Assembly (NCBI GenBank): GCA_036005605.1
Contig: DASYQJ010000236.1
Span: forward strand, 1 to 61,513
DNA length: 61,513 bases
Origin: Acidimicrobiia bacterium
Lineage (GTDB): Bacteria; Actinomycetota; Acidimicrobiia; IMCC26256; JACDBD01
Reading direction: 5' to 3'
Below the pieces are notes generated by a model, which did not search any database, was not told the DNA's origin, and saw only the letters and a list, made by a program, of their open reading frames with translations. The translations under genes were made by a program, and so were the position numbers. This document shows, piece after piece, positions 44,747 to 53,877 of the stretch (the stretch's first letter is position 1; each line of letters starts with the position of its first letter).

Positions 44747-47700
44747 TTACGCCTCTGCGCGCTGCTCAGCAAGGCCGACGACGTCGGCCAACACACCACC
44801 CTGCCCGATCCGTTCGGCGATGGATCGCGCCCGCTCGAGCAGCGCCTGTGCGCGCTCGCCGTCCCCCGCGGCGCCGCGGGACAAGAGCATCCGGGCGTAA
44901 TCGGCTGACGTCCGCGCTACGTGCGGGGGAGCGCCGATGCGTTCGCTCGTCGCGAGCGCGTCGGAGAAGTGCAGCTCGGCGCGGGAGTAGTCGCCTCTGA
45001 GCGACGCGAGGACGCCGAGCGCCCGGCTCACGGGTCCCATCTCCGAGAGATTGAGACTCACGACGCACAGTGTCTGCGCATAAGGAACGAGCCGCTCGTA
45101 GATCGGTGCCGCACACTCGGGGGCGTCGACGATGCGGCACACCTCGGTCAGCGCGACCAGCGCCGGCACCCAGATCGCGCCGAAATCGAGCACATCGAGA
45201 TCGGCGGTGTACGCGCGGAGCCGTGCGCGCGCTTCGTCGTGCAACCCGGCCAAGACCTCGGTCAACGCCACCGCTGCCGGCCACGCCGTCAGGTCGGGAA
45301 ACTGCTCGAGCAGCTGCTGCGCGGGTTCCACGAGATGCGCGACCTCGCCGCGCTGCCACCCGAGGATCAGCGCCTGCGTGCCCCAGACGACGAACGCGTC
45401 GGGATGGTCGGCGGCGATGCCGATCTCGAGGGCTTCGTCCGAGAGGCGTTGCGCGTCATCGAAGCGCCCCTCCAGAAGGGCGAGCGCCGATTGGAGCCAG
45501 ATCACGAAGTAGCGCTGCATCGGCTGGCCCAGGTCTTCGACGATCTCCGACGCGGCGCGCGCCGACCGTCGCGCGTCGTCGACACGCGAGAGCTCGAGCA
45601 GGTCGCAGGCGCGGTGGACGTGGCCGATATATGCGAGCTCGGGGTTGCCGGCGCGCTCGCTGACGCCGACGAGCTCGGTCGAGACGGTGAGCCGCGCATC
45701 GAGATGCCCGGGATCGTGCAGTGCCGTATGCGCATTGGCGAGAGCGAACGCAAGTGCGTCGTCATCGCCGACCCGCCGCGCCATGGAGATGGCTTCTCCG
45801 CTGACCGCGAGGCCGCGCAGCTGCTGGGGCGTGAAGTAGAGCTCGAGTGACAGGGCAGCCAGCACGCGAGAGCGGAGCTCGCTGTCGTCGACAGGAAGCA
45901 GTTCGAGCGCGTCTTCGAGCAACGCGATCACAGGATCGTGCCAGCCGGGGCTTGCCATGACGTGGCCTCGGAAGCTCCCCACCGCAGCCCGTGCGAGCCG
46001 CTCGGCGTCACAGAGCGCGCGGGCGAGATTGCCCGCCTCCGCGAACGCAGTCTGCGAGCCGGGGACGTCGCCGGCGCGCCGGCGCGCCTCCGCCAGCCCG
46101 AGGAGGAGATCGCAGCGGACTCGGTCCTGCTCGGCGAGGAGATCGAGGCCCCGCTCGAACTGCTTGGCCGCGTCCTCGTGCGCGAGGCGGGAGAGCGCCT
46201 GATCGCCGGCGAGGCCCGCGTACTCGACCGCCTTGGGCACTTCGGTCCCGGCCGCCGCGTAATGGAACGCCAGCGCGCCGAAGTGGTCCTCGAGGTCTTC
46301 GGCGTACCGGGACTCGATCGCCTCGGCCACTCGTCGGTGGAGGCGCGCCCGGCGGGTGGCGCCGAGCGAGTCGTAGAGGGCTTCCCGCGTGAGCGCGTGC
46401 ACGAACGAGTAGCGACCGATCGTGGCGGTGACCTCTTCGACGAGCCGCGCCGTGCACGCGTGCTCGAGCGCGTCGAGCACCGTGTCCTCGTCATCGCCGG
46501 CAACGTCGACGAGCAGGTCGAGCTCGAACTCGCGTCCGATGAGGGCGCCGATCGTCAGGAGACGCTCGGTGCCCTCGGGAAGACGAGCGATCCTTCGTCC
46601 GATGACCTGCTTGACCCCTTCCGGGACGCCGAGCGCCTCGAGCGTGAACGCGCCCGCGGTTGCGCCCGTCTCACCGACGTGGGAGCAGATCTCCTGCACG
46701 AAGAACGGATTGCCCGCCGTCTCGCGCCGGACGCTGTGCACGAACCCAGGGCGTGGCTCGAGGTCGCTCGTCGAGTCGATGAGCTCCCCGACCTCCCCCT
46801 CGCTCAAGCCCCCGAGGGTGATCTCCTCGGAGACGCCGTCGTGGCGGAGGTCGGCGATGATCGCCCGTAGCGGATGATCGCCGACCACCTCGCTCGTGCG
46901 ATACGTGCCGAGCGCGACGAGCGGCGTCGCATCGGTGTGCCGGGCGAGGTGGCTGAGCAACGCCAGCGTGGGGCGATCGGCCCAGTGGAGGTCGTCGAGC
47001 ACGAGGAGCACCGGCGCGCGCTTGGCGATGCCGCCGAGCAGCGCGTCGACCGCCTCGAACATGAGATAGCGCTCGGTGTCGGGCTCGGCCCGGACCGGCT
47101 CGGGCAGATCGGGGAACCGCAGGCCGATGTCGGGGACCAGTCGCGCCAGGACCGTTCCGCTCCTGACGAGATCGGCGCGCACCTCGGCCGGATCCCCGTG
47201 ACGCAGATACTGCTCGACGGCCTCGACGAACGGTTGGTACGGGACGACGTTCTCCTCGTAACAGCGTCCGAACAGCACCGTCGCGCCCTTGTCGTAGACG
47301 TCGCGTGCGAACTCGGCGGTGAGCCGGCTCTTGCCGATGCCCGGGTCGCCGCCGACCAGAACGAGACGGCGTTGCGAGGTGTCGACGGCGTGCGTCCAAG
47401 GCGCTCGGAGCGCCTCGAGCTCGTCGGCGCGGCCGACGAACCGGGTGACACCGGGCGGGAGGGCGATAGGGAACGGGAGGCGCGTCCGCGCTTCGGCTTC
47501 GGGTCCGGCGAGCGTGATCGGATCACCTGTGTCGGGAAGAAAGGGAGCGCACATCTGGTGCACGTGTTCGGCGCGCCCGAAGCCGCGCAGCTGCACGCGG
47601 CCGAGGTCGCGTAGGGAGACGCCGACCGGCAGCCGATCGGCGACGAGCTCGGCGGTGGCCTGCGAGACCAGCACCTGACCGCCCTGCCCGAGTGCCCGGA

Positions 47701-48844
47701 GGCGGGCGGCGCGGCTCAGCGCGGCGCCGAAGTAGTCGCCGTGCTCGATCTGTGCCTCACCGGTGTGGAGGCCGGTGCGGAGGCGCAACTCGATGCCTTC
47801 CGGCCACGGCTCGGTCGTGACCGCCTGCTGGAAAGCGAGCGCACCTTCGACCGCGTCGGTGGCACGAGCGAAGGCCGTCAGCGTGCTGTCTCCCTCACCC
47901 TGCGACCGCGGCATGCGCCCGCCGTGCGCCTCGGCGATCTCGGCTGCGAGCTCGTAGTGGCGCACGATCACGGCCGCCATGACGTCCGGGTGTGCTTCCC
48001 AGAGGTCGGTCGAGCCCTCGATGTCGGTGAGCGCGAAGGTCACGACGCCGGCCGGGAGCACGCTGTCGCGCGCCGCCACGATGCGCCCGAGGAGGTCGTT
48101 CGCCGTGGGCGGGCGCCGGACCGGGTCAGGATCGAGCGCACGCCGCAGCACTCGGTCCAGCCGCTTCGCGAGCTCCGGCGAGACGCCTTCCCAGTCGATC
48201 TCCGGACCGGGCGCGGGGGGCCGACCGGTGAGCGCGTACACGATCGTCGCCGCCAGCCCGAACACGTCGGACGCCGGGCTCGGCTCCACGCCGTCTCCCT
48301 GCTCGGGGGCGCGATACGCGTTGGGGCCGTCGGTGACGCGCGATCCGAGAGCGGCGATGCCAAACACGAGCCGGGCGTGACCGTCGGGCGTGATGATGAC
48401 GTTCTCGGGTCGAACGTCGCCGTGGATCAATCGCGGCCGGTGCTGATGGAGGTGATCGATGGCGTCGGCGACCGCGGGCAGCTCACCGAGAACGGTGGCC
48501 ACGGCGAGGCCGGGATCACCGCGTTCGCGAACGATTCGCTCCACGTGCGTTCCGTCGACCCAGTCCATGACGAGCACGTGGCGGTCGTCGAGGAAGAAGT
48601 CGTCGCGTACGACGGGGAGCGCAGGATGCGGTCTGAGCTCCAAGAGCGTGCGCCCCTCGGCCCGCAACTGCTCGCGCGCCTCGTCGGGAGCGAGCCGGCG
48701 GACCTTCAGCGCCACGAGGCGGTCGTGCTCGCGGTCGATCGCCTGCACCACCTCGCTGTCGCCGCCCTGCCCGAGCACCTCGAGCAGCTCGTAACGGTCG
48801 GCGACAAGGTCTCCCACGCAGGAATTGTACGGGCAGGCTTTCAT
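44747..48844 (-). CDS. multidomain signalling protein: Ser/Thr-kinase-like, class III nucleotidyl-cyclase-like, AAA_16/STAND ATPase and TPR-like repeats
   Basis: 1365 aa. The kinase fold covers aa ~17-255 (LGQGGDSEV, VALKV, HGDVRPEN, YRAPE). The cyclase fold covers aa ~265-400 (FALTDIEGST, GEGDSTLTAF, LRTGLHTGEA). The P-loop is GDPGIGKS (aa 499-506). A long helical-repeat C-terminus follows. Confidence 0.85.
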   Translation of the reverse strand: MKACPYNSCVGDLVADRYELLEVLGQGGDSEVVQAIDREHDRLVALKVRRLAPDEAREQLRAEGRTLLELRPHPALPVVRDDFFLDDRHVLVMDWVDGTHVERIVRERGDPGLAVATVLGELPAVADAIDHLHQHRPRLIHGDVRPENVIITPDGHARLVFGIAALGSRVTDGPNAYRAPEQGDGVEPSPASDVFGLAATIVYALTGRPPAPGPEIDWEGVSPELAKRLDRVLRRALDPDPVRRPPTANDLLGRIVAARDSVLPAGVVTFALTDIEGSTDLWEAHPDVMAAVIVRHYELAAEIAEAHGGRMPRSQGEGDSTLTAFARATDAVEGALAFQQAVTTEPWPEGIELRLRTGLHTGEAQIEHGDYFGAALSRAARLRALGQGGQVLVSQATAELVADRLPVGVSLRDLGRVQLRGFGRAEHVHQMCAPFLPDTGDPITLAGPEAEARTRLPFPIALPPGVTRFVGRADELEALRAPWTHAVDTSQRRLVLVGGDPGIGKSRLTAEFARDVYDKGATVLFGRCYEENVVPYQPFVEAVEQYLRHGDPAEVRADLVRSGTVLARLVPDIGLRFPDLPEPVRAEPDTERYLMFEAVDALLGGIAKRAPVLLVLDDLHWADRPTLALLSHLARHTDATPLVALGTYRTSEVVGDHPLRAIIADLRHDGVSEEITLGGLSEGEVGELIDSTSDLEPRPGFVHSVRRETAGNPFFVQEICSHVGETGATAGAFTLEALGVPEGVKQVIGRRIARLPEGTERLLTIGALIGREFELDLLVDVAGDDEDTVLDALEHACTARLVEEVTATIGRYSFVHALTREALYDSLGATRRARLHRRVAEAIESRYAEDLEDHFGALAFHYAAAGTEVPKAVEYAGLAGDQALSRLAHEDAAKQFERGLDLLAEQDRVRCDLLLGLAEARRRAGDVPGSQTAFAEAGNLARALCDAERLARAAVGSFRGHVMASPGWHDPVIALLEDALELLPVDDSELRSRVLAALSLELYFTPQQLRGLAVSGEAISMARRVGDDDALAFALANAHTALHDPGHLDARLTVSTELVGVSERAGNPELAYIGHVHRACDLLELSRVDDARRSARAASEIVEDLGQPMQRYFVIWLQSALALLEGRFDDAQRLSDEALEIGIAADHPDAFVVWGTQALILGWQRGEVAHLVEPAQQLLEQFPDLTAWPAAVALTEVLAGLHDEARARLRAYTADLDVLDFGAIWVPALVALTEVCRIVDAPECAAPIYERLVPYAQTLCVVSLNLSEMGPVSRALGVLASLRGDYSRAELHFSDALATSERIGAPPHVARTSADYARMLLSRGAAGDGERAQALLERARSIAERIGQGGVLADVVGLAEQRAEA

Positions 48845-48945
48845 CGTCGATGTTCGGCGTTCGGGCTCAGGGCCGCTGTGACCGCGGCGAAAAAGCGGAC
48901 AATTCCGGACCTCACGGTCGCCTGGTTGGTCGGCGCCGCCCGCCC

Positions 48946-48976
48946 TTGACCCTGACGTCGCGTGAGGTTGTAGGTA
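48946..48976 (+). promoter_or_regulatory. MerR-type promoter with a 19-bp spacer (TTGACC-N19-TAGGTA)
   Basis: The -35 is at 48946-48951 and the -10 at 48971-48976. The spacer carries the imperfect palindrome CTGACG-tcg-CGTGAG. The -10 ends 7 nt before the GTG start, so the mRNA is likely leaderless. Confidence 0.45.
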
Positions 48977-48983
48977 TGGAGTC

Positions 48984-49820
48984 GTGTTCGGGATCGGAGC
49001 GTTCGCCCGTGTGGCCCAGGTGTCCGTGCGGACGCTGCACCACTATGACGACATCGGCCTCTTGCCGCCGGCGCAGGTCGACCCGCAGACCGGGTATCGC
49101 TGGTACCGCGCCGACCAGCTCCAGCGGCTGAATCGGATCCTCGCCCTGCGCGATCTCGGGCTCCCCCTGACCGAGGTTCGCAAGGTCGTCGACGACGAGG
49201 TCTCGGTCGACGAGCTCCGGGGCATGTTGCGGCTCCGTCAGGCCGAGGCCCGCGACCACATGACGGCGGAAGCCGAACGCCTGTCGCGCGTCGAGGCCCG
49301 GCTGCGTCAGATCGAGACCGAAGGACGCGTCGGCGACTACGACGTCGTGGTGAAGCCTGTCGAAGCGCAGCACGTCGCGCTCGTGGACACGACCGCGACG
49401 TCGTTCGGCAACGCGACCCTCGGCCCGATCTTCGGGCGGCTGTTCGGTGAGCTCTACGGCGAGTTGGACCGGGTGGGCGTCGCGCCCGCCGGCCCGGTGA
49501 TCGCCCTCTACGAGGAGAGCGAGGTCGCCGCCGCGCCGATCAAGGTGATGGCGGGCGTCCCGATCGAGGAGACGGACGATGTCACCTCCGACCGGATCGA
49601 GGTCGCGGACGTCCCGGCGATTCCCCGGGCCGCGACCACGATCCACCGCGGGTCCATGGCGCACGTCGAGGAGGCGTACCAGGCCCTGCTCCGCTGGGCG
49701 GAGGAGACGGGCGAGCAGATCGACGGCTTCAGCCGCGAGATCTATCTCGAGTGCGTGGGTGACCCGGAGACCTGGGTCACCGAGCTGCAGTTCGCGTTGC
49801 ACCAACGCACCGACCGCTGA
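48984..49820 (+). CDS. MerR-family transcriptional regulator with a GyrI-like effector domain
   Basis: FGIGAFARVAQVSVRTLHHYDDIGLL...YRWY is the MerR HTH. A coiled coil follows, then a C-terminal GyrI-like domain (BmrR architecture). Confidence 0.9.
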   Translation: MFGIGAFARVAQVSVRTLHHYDDIGLLPPAQVDPQTGYRWYRADQLQRLNRILALRDLGLPLTEVRKVVDDEVSVDELRGMLRLRQAEARDHMTAEAERLSRVEARLRQIETEGRVGDYDVVVKPVEAQHVALVDTTATSFGNATLGPIFGRLFGELYGELDRVGVAPAGPVIALYEESEVAAAPIKVMAGVPIEETDDVTSDRIEVADVPAIPRAATTIHRGSMAHVEEAYQALLRWAEETGEQIDGFSREIYLECVGDPETWVTELQFALHQRTDR

Positions 49821-49837
49821 GCGCCAAGGAGGACGCG

Positions 49838-50719
49838 ATGGCCGAGCTCGACGACCAGATGCTCGCTTACTACGCCGCGCCGGGCCCGATGACGGACCTG
49901 GCCGGCCTCCCGGCGGACGTCTTCGACGGACTGCCGACCGACCCGGTGGGATTGTGTCGAACGGTACCTTGGCTCGTCGTGCACGAGATGTGGGCGAACG
50001 CGTACGGGTTCGACGTGCCCGAGAATCGGCTGAATGACCTGCAGGCACGGACGGCGGTCGAGATGACCGATGTGATTCGGCGGCTCGACGCCGGACCGCT
50101 GTCCGTCGCGCGGCCCGCCGAACGGCGGATGGTGGGCAACTGCCGGCACTTCAGCACGCTCAGCGCGGCGTTGCTCCGGCACGCCGGCATCCCGGCGCGG
50201 GCTCGCTGCGGCTTCGCCACGTACTTCGAGCCCGGCAAGTACGTCGACCACTGGGTCACCGAGTACTGGCACGCCGGCGAGCGACGGTGGGTCAGGATCG
50301 ATGCCCAGCTCGACGAGGTGCAGCGGGCGGCGATCAGCGCCGAGTTCGACACCGAAGACCTGCCGCCCGGGCCGTTCCTGCCCGCCAGCGAGGCGTGGCA
50401 GCTGTGCCGGACCGGTCGCGCCGACCCCGACACCTTCGGGATCTTCGAGTTCTGGGGGCTCTGGTTCGTGCAGGCCAACGTCGTGCGCGAGCTCGCCGCG
50501 CTCAACAAGATGGAGCTCCTGCCGTGGGACGTCTGGGGACCCATGACGGTGCAAGAGGAACCGGACGCCGCGGCCAAGTCGCTCACCGACACGGTGGCCG
50601 ACGTCATCGGCGGCGACGACACGGGCGCCGTCCGGCGCGTGTACGAGGAAAACGAGGGTCTTCGAGTCCCGGACAAGGTGTTCGACGCACGGTTCCAAGT
50701 GGTGCACTCCCTGGCCTAG
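49838..50719 (+). CDS. transglutaminase-like domain protein
   Basis: The Cys-His-Asp core candidates are GNCRHFS, DHWVTEYW and WVRIDAQ. Confidence 0.7.
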   Translation: MAELDDQMLAYYAAPGPMTDLAGLPADVFDGLPTDPVGLCRTVPWLVVHEMWANAYGFDVPENRLNDLQARTAVEMTDVIRRLDAGPLSVARPAERRMVGNCRHFSTLSAALLRHAGIPARARCGFATYFEPGKYVDHWVTEYWHAGERRWVRIDAQLDEVQRAAISAEFDTEDLPPGPFLPASEAWQLCRTGRADPDTFGIFEFWGLWFVQANVVRELAALNKMELLPWDVWGPMTVQEEPDAAAKSLTDTVADVIGGDDTGAVRRVYEENEGLRVPDKVFDARFQVVHSLA

Positions 50720-50737
50720 CCGCGAACATCCGTTTCC

Positions 50738-51229
50738 GTGGCGACATGGAACGACGTGACAACGGCGGCGCCCGAGCTCGCGCTCGCCGTGCAACGGAGC
50801 TTCGACGCGCACATCCACAAGGCGCTGGCCACCCTGCGCGCCGACGGCTCGCCCCGGATCAGCGGTCAGGAAGCGTCGTTCCGCGACGGTGAGCTCTGGC
50901 TCGGCATGATGCCCGACTCGCGCAAGGCGAAAGACCTCCAGCGCGACCCGCGCATGGCGCTGCACAGCGCCATGGTCGACCCCGAGATGCCGGACGGCGA
51001 CGCCAAGCTCTCCGGCCGGGCCGAGGAGGTCACCGACCAGGAAACCTTCGACTGGTTCATTGGTGAGGAACGGGCGGAGAAAGGCCAGGAGCCGCCCCAG
51101 CCCTTCCATCTCTTCCGCATCGACATCGACGAGATCGTCCTCACCACACTCGGCGGCGATCCACCCGACCACCTCGTCATCGAGACGTGGCGCGAACTAC
51201 GAGGCACCACCCGCGTCGAGCGCTACTGA
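50738..51229 (+). CDS. pyridoxamine 5'-phosphate oxidase (PPOX) family protein
   Basis: 163 aa with ALATLRADGSPRISG...LWLGMMPDSRKAKDLQRDPRMALH, a split-barrel FMN/F420-binding family pattern. Confidence 0.65.
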   Translation: MATWNDVTTAAPELALAVQRSFDAHIHKALATLRADGSPRISGQEASFRDGELWLGMMPDSRKAKDLQRDPRMALHSAMVDPEMPDGDAKLSGRAEEVTDQETFDWFIGEERAEKGQEPPQPFHLFRIDIDEIVLTTLGGDPPDHLVIETWRELRGTTRVERY

Positions 51230-51294
51230 GTCTCCCGGCGACCCGTCCCTAATCCGCGACACGGTCGGCGCGACCGCCGATAGCGTCGCCCGAC

Positions 51295-52227
51295 GTGTCT
51301 CCAGCCCCGCTGATCGAGGGACGTCGCCTGACGAAGCGCTTCGGTGAGTTCGTCGCGGTCGACGCCGTCGACTTCCGCGTCGAGCAGGGGGAGGCGTTCG
51401 GCTTCCTGGGGCCCAACGGGGCGGGCAAGACGTCAACGATGCGGATGATCGGCTGCATCTCGCCGGTCTCTGGCGGCGAGCTCCGCGTGCTCGATATGGA
51501 CCCGGCGACCGACGGGACCAGCATCCGAGCCCGCCTCGGCGTCGTCCCGCAGGAGGACACGCTCGATCTCGAGCTCACGGTGCGCGACAACGTGCTGATC
51601 TACGGCCGCTACTTCGACCTGCCGCGGAACGTCGTCCGCGAGCGGGCCGACGAGCTGCTCGAGTTCGTGCAACTGACCGATCGTCGGAACGACCGCGTCG
51701 ACCTGTTGTCGGGCGGGATGCGGCGGCGCCTGACCGTTGCCCGCGCGCTCGTGAACCGGCCGGAGCTGATGCTGCTCGACGAGCCGACGACGGGGCTCGA
51801 CCCCCAGGCCCGGCACCTCGTGTGGGAGCGGCTCTACCGGCTGAAGCGGCAGGGTGTGACGCTCGTGCTGACCACGCACTACATGGACGAAGCCGAGCAA
51901 CTGTGCGACCGCCTCGTGATCATGGACGACGGCCGGATCGTCGCGGCCGGGTCGCCGCGCGAGCTCATCGACCGGCACTCGACGCGTGAGGTCGTCGAGC
52001 TCCGCTTCCGCACCGACGAGGAGCGCGAGAAGGCCCTGCCGCACGTGGCGGCGATCGGCGAACGCTACGAGGCACTAGCCGACCGCATCCTCGTCTACAC
52101 GTCCAACGGGGAGGCCGACGCCGACCGCCTGACCAACGACGGCGTCCAGCCCGACTCCGTGCTGGTCCGGCGCAGCTCCCTCGAGGACGTCTTCCTGACG
52201 CTGACCGGCCGCACGCTGGAGGAGTGA
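51295..52227 (+). CDS. ABC transporter ATP-binding protein (DrrA/NodI-like)
   Basis: Walker A GPNGAGKTST, signature LSGGMRRRL, Walker B LMLLDEPT. Confidence 0.9.
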   Translation: MSPAPLIEGRRLTKRFGEFVAVDAVDFRVEQGEAFGFLGPNGAGKTSTMRMIGCISPVSGGELRVLDMDPATDGTSIRARLGVVPQEDTLDLELTVRDNVLIYGRYFDLPRNVVRERADELLEFVQLTDRRNDRVDLLSGGMRRRLTVARALVNRPELMLLDEPTTGLDPQARHLVWERLYRLKRQGVTLVLTTHYMDEAEQLCDRLVIMDDGRIVAAGSPRELIDRHSTREVVELRFRTDEEREKALPHVAAIGERYEALADRILVYTSNGEADADRLTNDGVQPDSVLVRRSSLEDVFLTLTGRTLEE

Positions 52228-53000
52228 TGGCCACGCCGCTGACGGTCCGGGTCGTCGAGCACCAGGCGCAGATCTTCCGCCGGTTCTGGCGCGGGTCGGC
52301 GACGTTCTACGTCCTCAACCCGTTGCTGTTCCTGGCCGCGATCGGGTTCGGGCTGGGCGGGCTCGTCCAGGAGAGCACGGGCAACGTCGGTGGCGTCCCG
52401 TACGACGCGTTCGTGGCGCCCGGGCTTCTCGCCGCCAGCGCCATGCTCGGAGCGACCGCGGAGTCGATGTGGCCCGTCATGGCGGGCACGAAGTGGGTGC
52501 GGACGTTCCACGCCATGGTCGCGACGCCCGTGCGGCCGGCTGACGTCTATGCGGGAGTCGTGGTCTGGACGACGGTCCGGTCGGCGGTCGGCGCGTCGAT
52601 CTTCCTGATCGTCGCCGCGATCCTCGGCGCCGTGCTCTCGCCGTGGGGAATCTTCGCAATCCCTGCTGCCGCGCTCTGCGCTACCGCCTTCGCCGCGCCG
52701 CTGACCGCGTTCTCGGCGACGCAGGAGACCGACGCCCGGTTCCCGGTGATCCTCCGGATCGGCGTCATGCCGCTGTTCCTCTTCTCCGGCACGTTCTTCC
52801 CCGTCTCACAGCTGCCCGACGTGCTCCGCCCGCTGTGCTGGCTGTCACCGCTGTGGCACGGCGTGGAGCTGTGCCGGGGCGCGATGACGGGATCGATCGA
52901 CTTCTTCCCCGCGGTCGCGCATGTCGCGGTGCTCGTCTCGTGCGTCATCGCCGGGTGGTACTGGGGGACGCGCTCGTTCACGAAGAAGCTGACGCAATGA
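52224..53000 (+). CDS. ABC-2 type transporter permease
   Basis: 258 aa, 6 TM. It overlaps the ATPase stop by 4 nt. Confidence 0.8.
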   Translation: MMATPLTVRVVEHQAQIFRRFWRGSATFYVLNPLLFLAAIGFGLGGLVQESTGNVGGVPYDAFVAPGLLAASAMLGATAESMWPVMAGTKWVRTFHAMVATPVRPADVYAGVVVWTTVRSAVGASIFLIVAAILGAVLSPWGIFAIPAAALCATAFAAPLTAFSATQETDARFPVILRIGVMPLFLFSGTFFPVSQLPDVLRPLCWLSPLWHGVELCRGAMTGSIDFFPAVAHVAVLVSCVIAGWYWGTRSFTKKLTQ

Positions 53001-53758
53001 GCTCCCTCTTCGTCCACGTCATCGAGCGCGACATGCTGGCGTACCGGCGCCAGTGGGTGATCTTCCTCACCGGATTCGCCGAGCCCCTGCTGTACCTGCT
53101 CTCGATCGGTGTCGGTGTCGGCGCGCTCGTGGGAAGCGTGCACGTGGGCGGCCAGACGGTCGACTACGACAAGTTCGTCGCCCCCGGCCTGTTGGCGGTG
53201 GCGGCGATGAACGGCTCGGTGTTCGACACGACGTTCAACTTCTTCTTCAAGTTCAAGTACGCGCGCAGCTTCGACGCCATGCTCGCCACGCCGTTGCGGG
53301 CGACCGACGTCGCGCTCGGCGAGCTCTCCTGGGCGCTCCTCCGCGGCTCCATCTACGCCGCCGCCTTCCTCGTCACGATGGCGCTGCTCGGGCTGGTCGC
53401 GTCGCCGTGGGGGATCCTCTGCCTCCCGGCCGCCATGCTCATCGGCTTCGCATTCGCCGGCGCCGGCATGGCCGCGACGACGTTCATGCGCTCCTTCGTC
53501 GACTTCGACTACGTGAACCTCGCGCTGATCCCGCTGTTCTTGTTCTCCGCCACGTTCTTCCCGCTCTCCCGGTACCCGACCGGCCTCCAGTGGGTCATCC
53601 AGGTCACACCGCTGTACCAGGGCGTGGTCCTCGTGCGCTCGCTCGCGTTCGGAGACCTGAGCTGGACCCTCCTCCTCCACGCCGCGTACCTCGTGGTGAT
53701 GGGCCTGGTCGGCGTCCGCGTCGCCGGCCGCCGTCTGGGCCACCTCCTCCAACCCTGA
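52997..53758 (+). CDS. ABC-2 type transporter permease (second paralog)
   Basis: The ATG at 52997 overlaps the previous stop (ATGA). MSSLFVHVIERDMLAYRRQWVIFLTGFAEPLLYLL... Confidence 0.8.
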   Translation: MSSLFVHVIERDMLAYRRQWVIFLTGFAEPLLYLLSIGVGVGALVGSVHVGGQTVDYDKFVAPGLLAVAAMNGSVFDTTFNFFFKFKYARSFDAMLATPLRATDVALGELSWALLRGSIYAAAFLVTMALLGLVASPWGILCLPAAMLIGFAFAGAGMAATTFMRSFVDFDYVNLALIPLFLFSATFFPLSRYPTGLQWVIQVTPLYQGVVLVRSLAFGDLSWTLLLHAAYLVVMGLVGVRVAGRRLGHLLQP

Positions 53759-53808
53759 CCGTCAGCCCTGATCCCGGGTCCTGGGCAAAGCGCCCAGAGG
53801 CCTCCGAT

Positions 53809-53817
53809 TGGTACAAT
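53809..53817 (+). promoter_or_regulatory. extended -10 promoter element TGgTACAAT
   Basis: TACAAT is at 53812-53817 with TG at 53809-53810. It lies about 60 nt upstream of the acyltransferase start. Confidence 0.45.
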
Positions 53818-53877
53818 TCCCCTCCGAAACGTCCCGCCGACTCGGTCCGGCGGGTTCCCGGGGGGTAGCGACTGGCA

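Noticed and set aside
44365-44799. 144-aa minus-strand ORF overlapping cspA and its leader.
   Set aside because: It runs antisense to an unmistakable cold-shock gene and has no motifs or SD.
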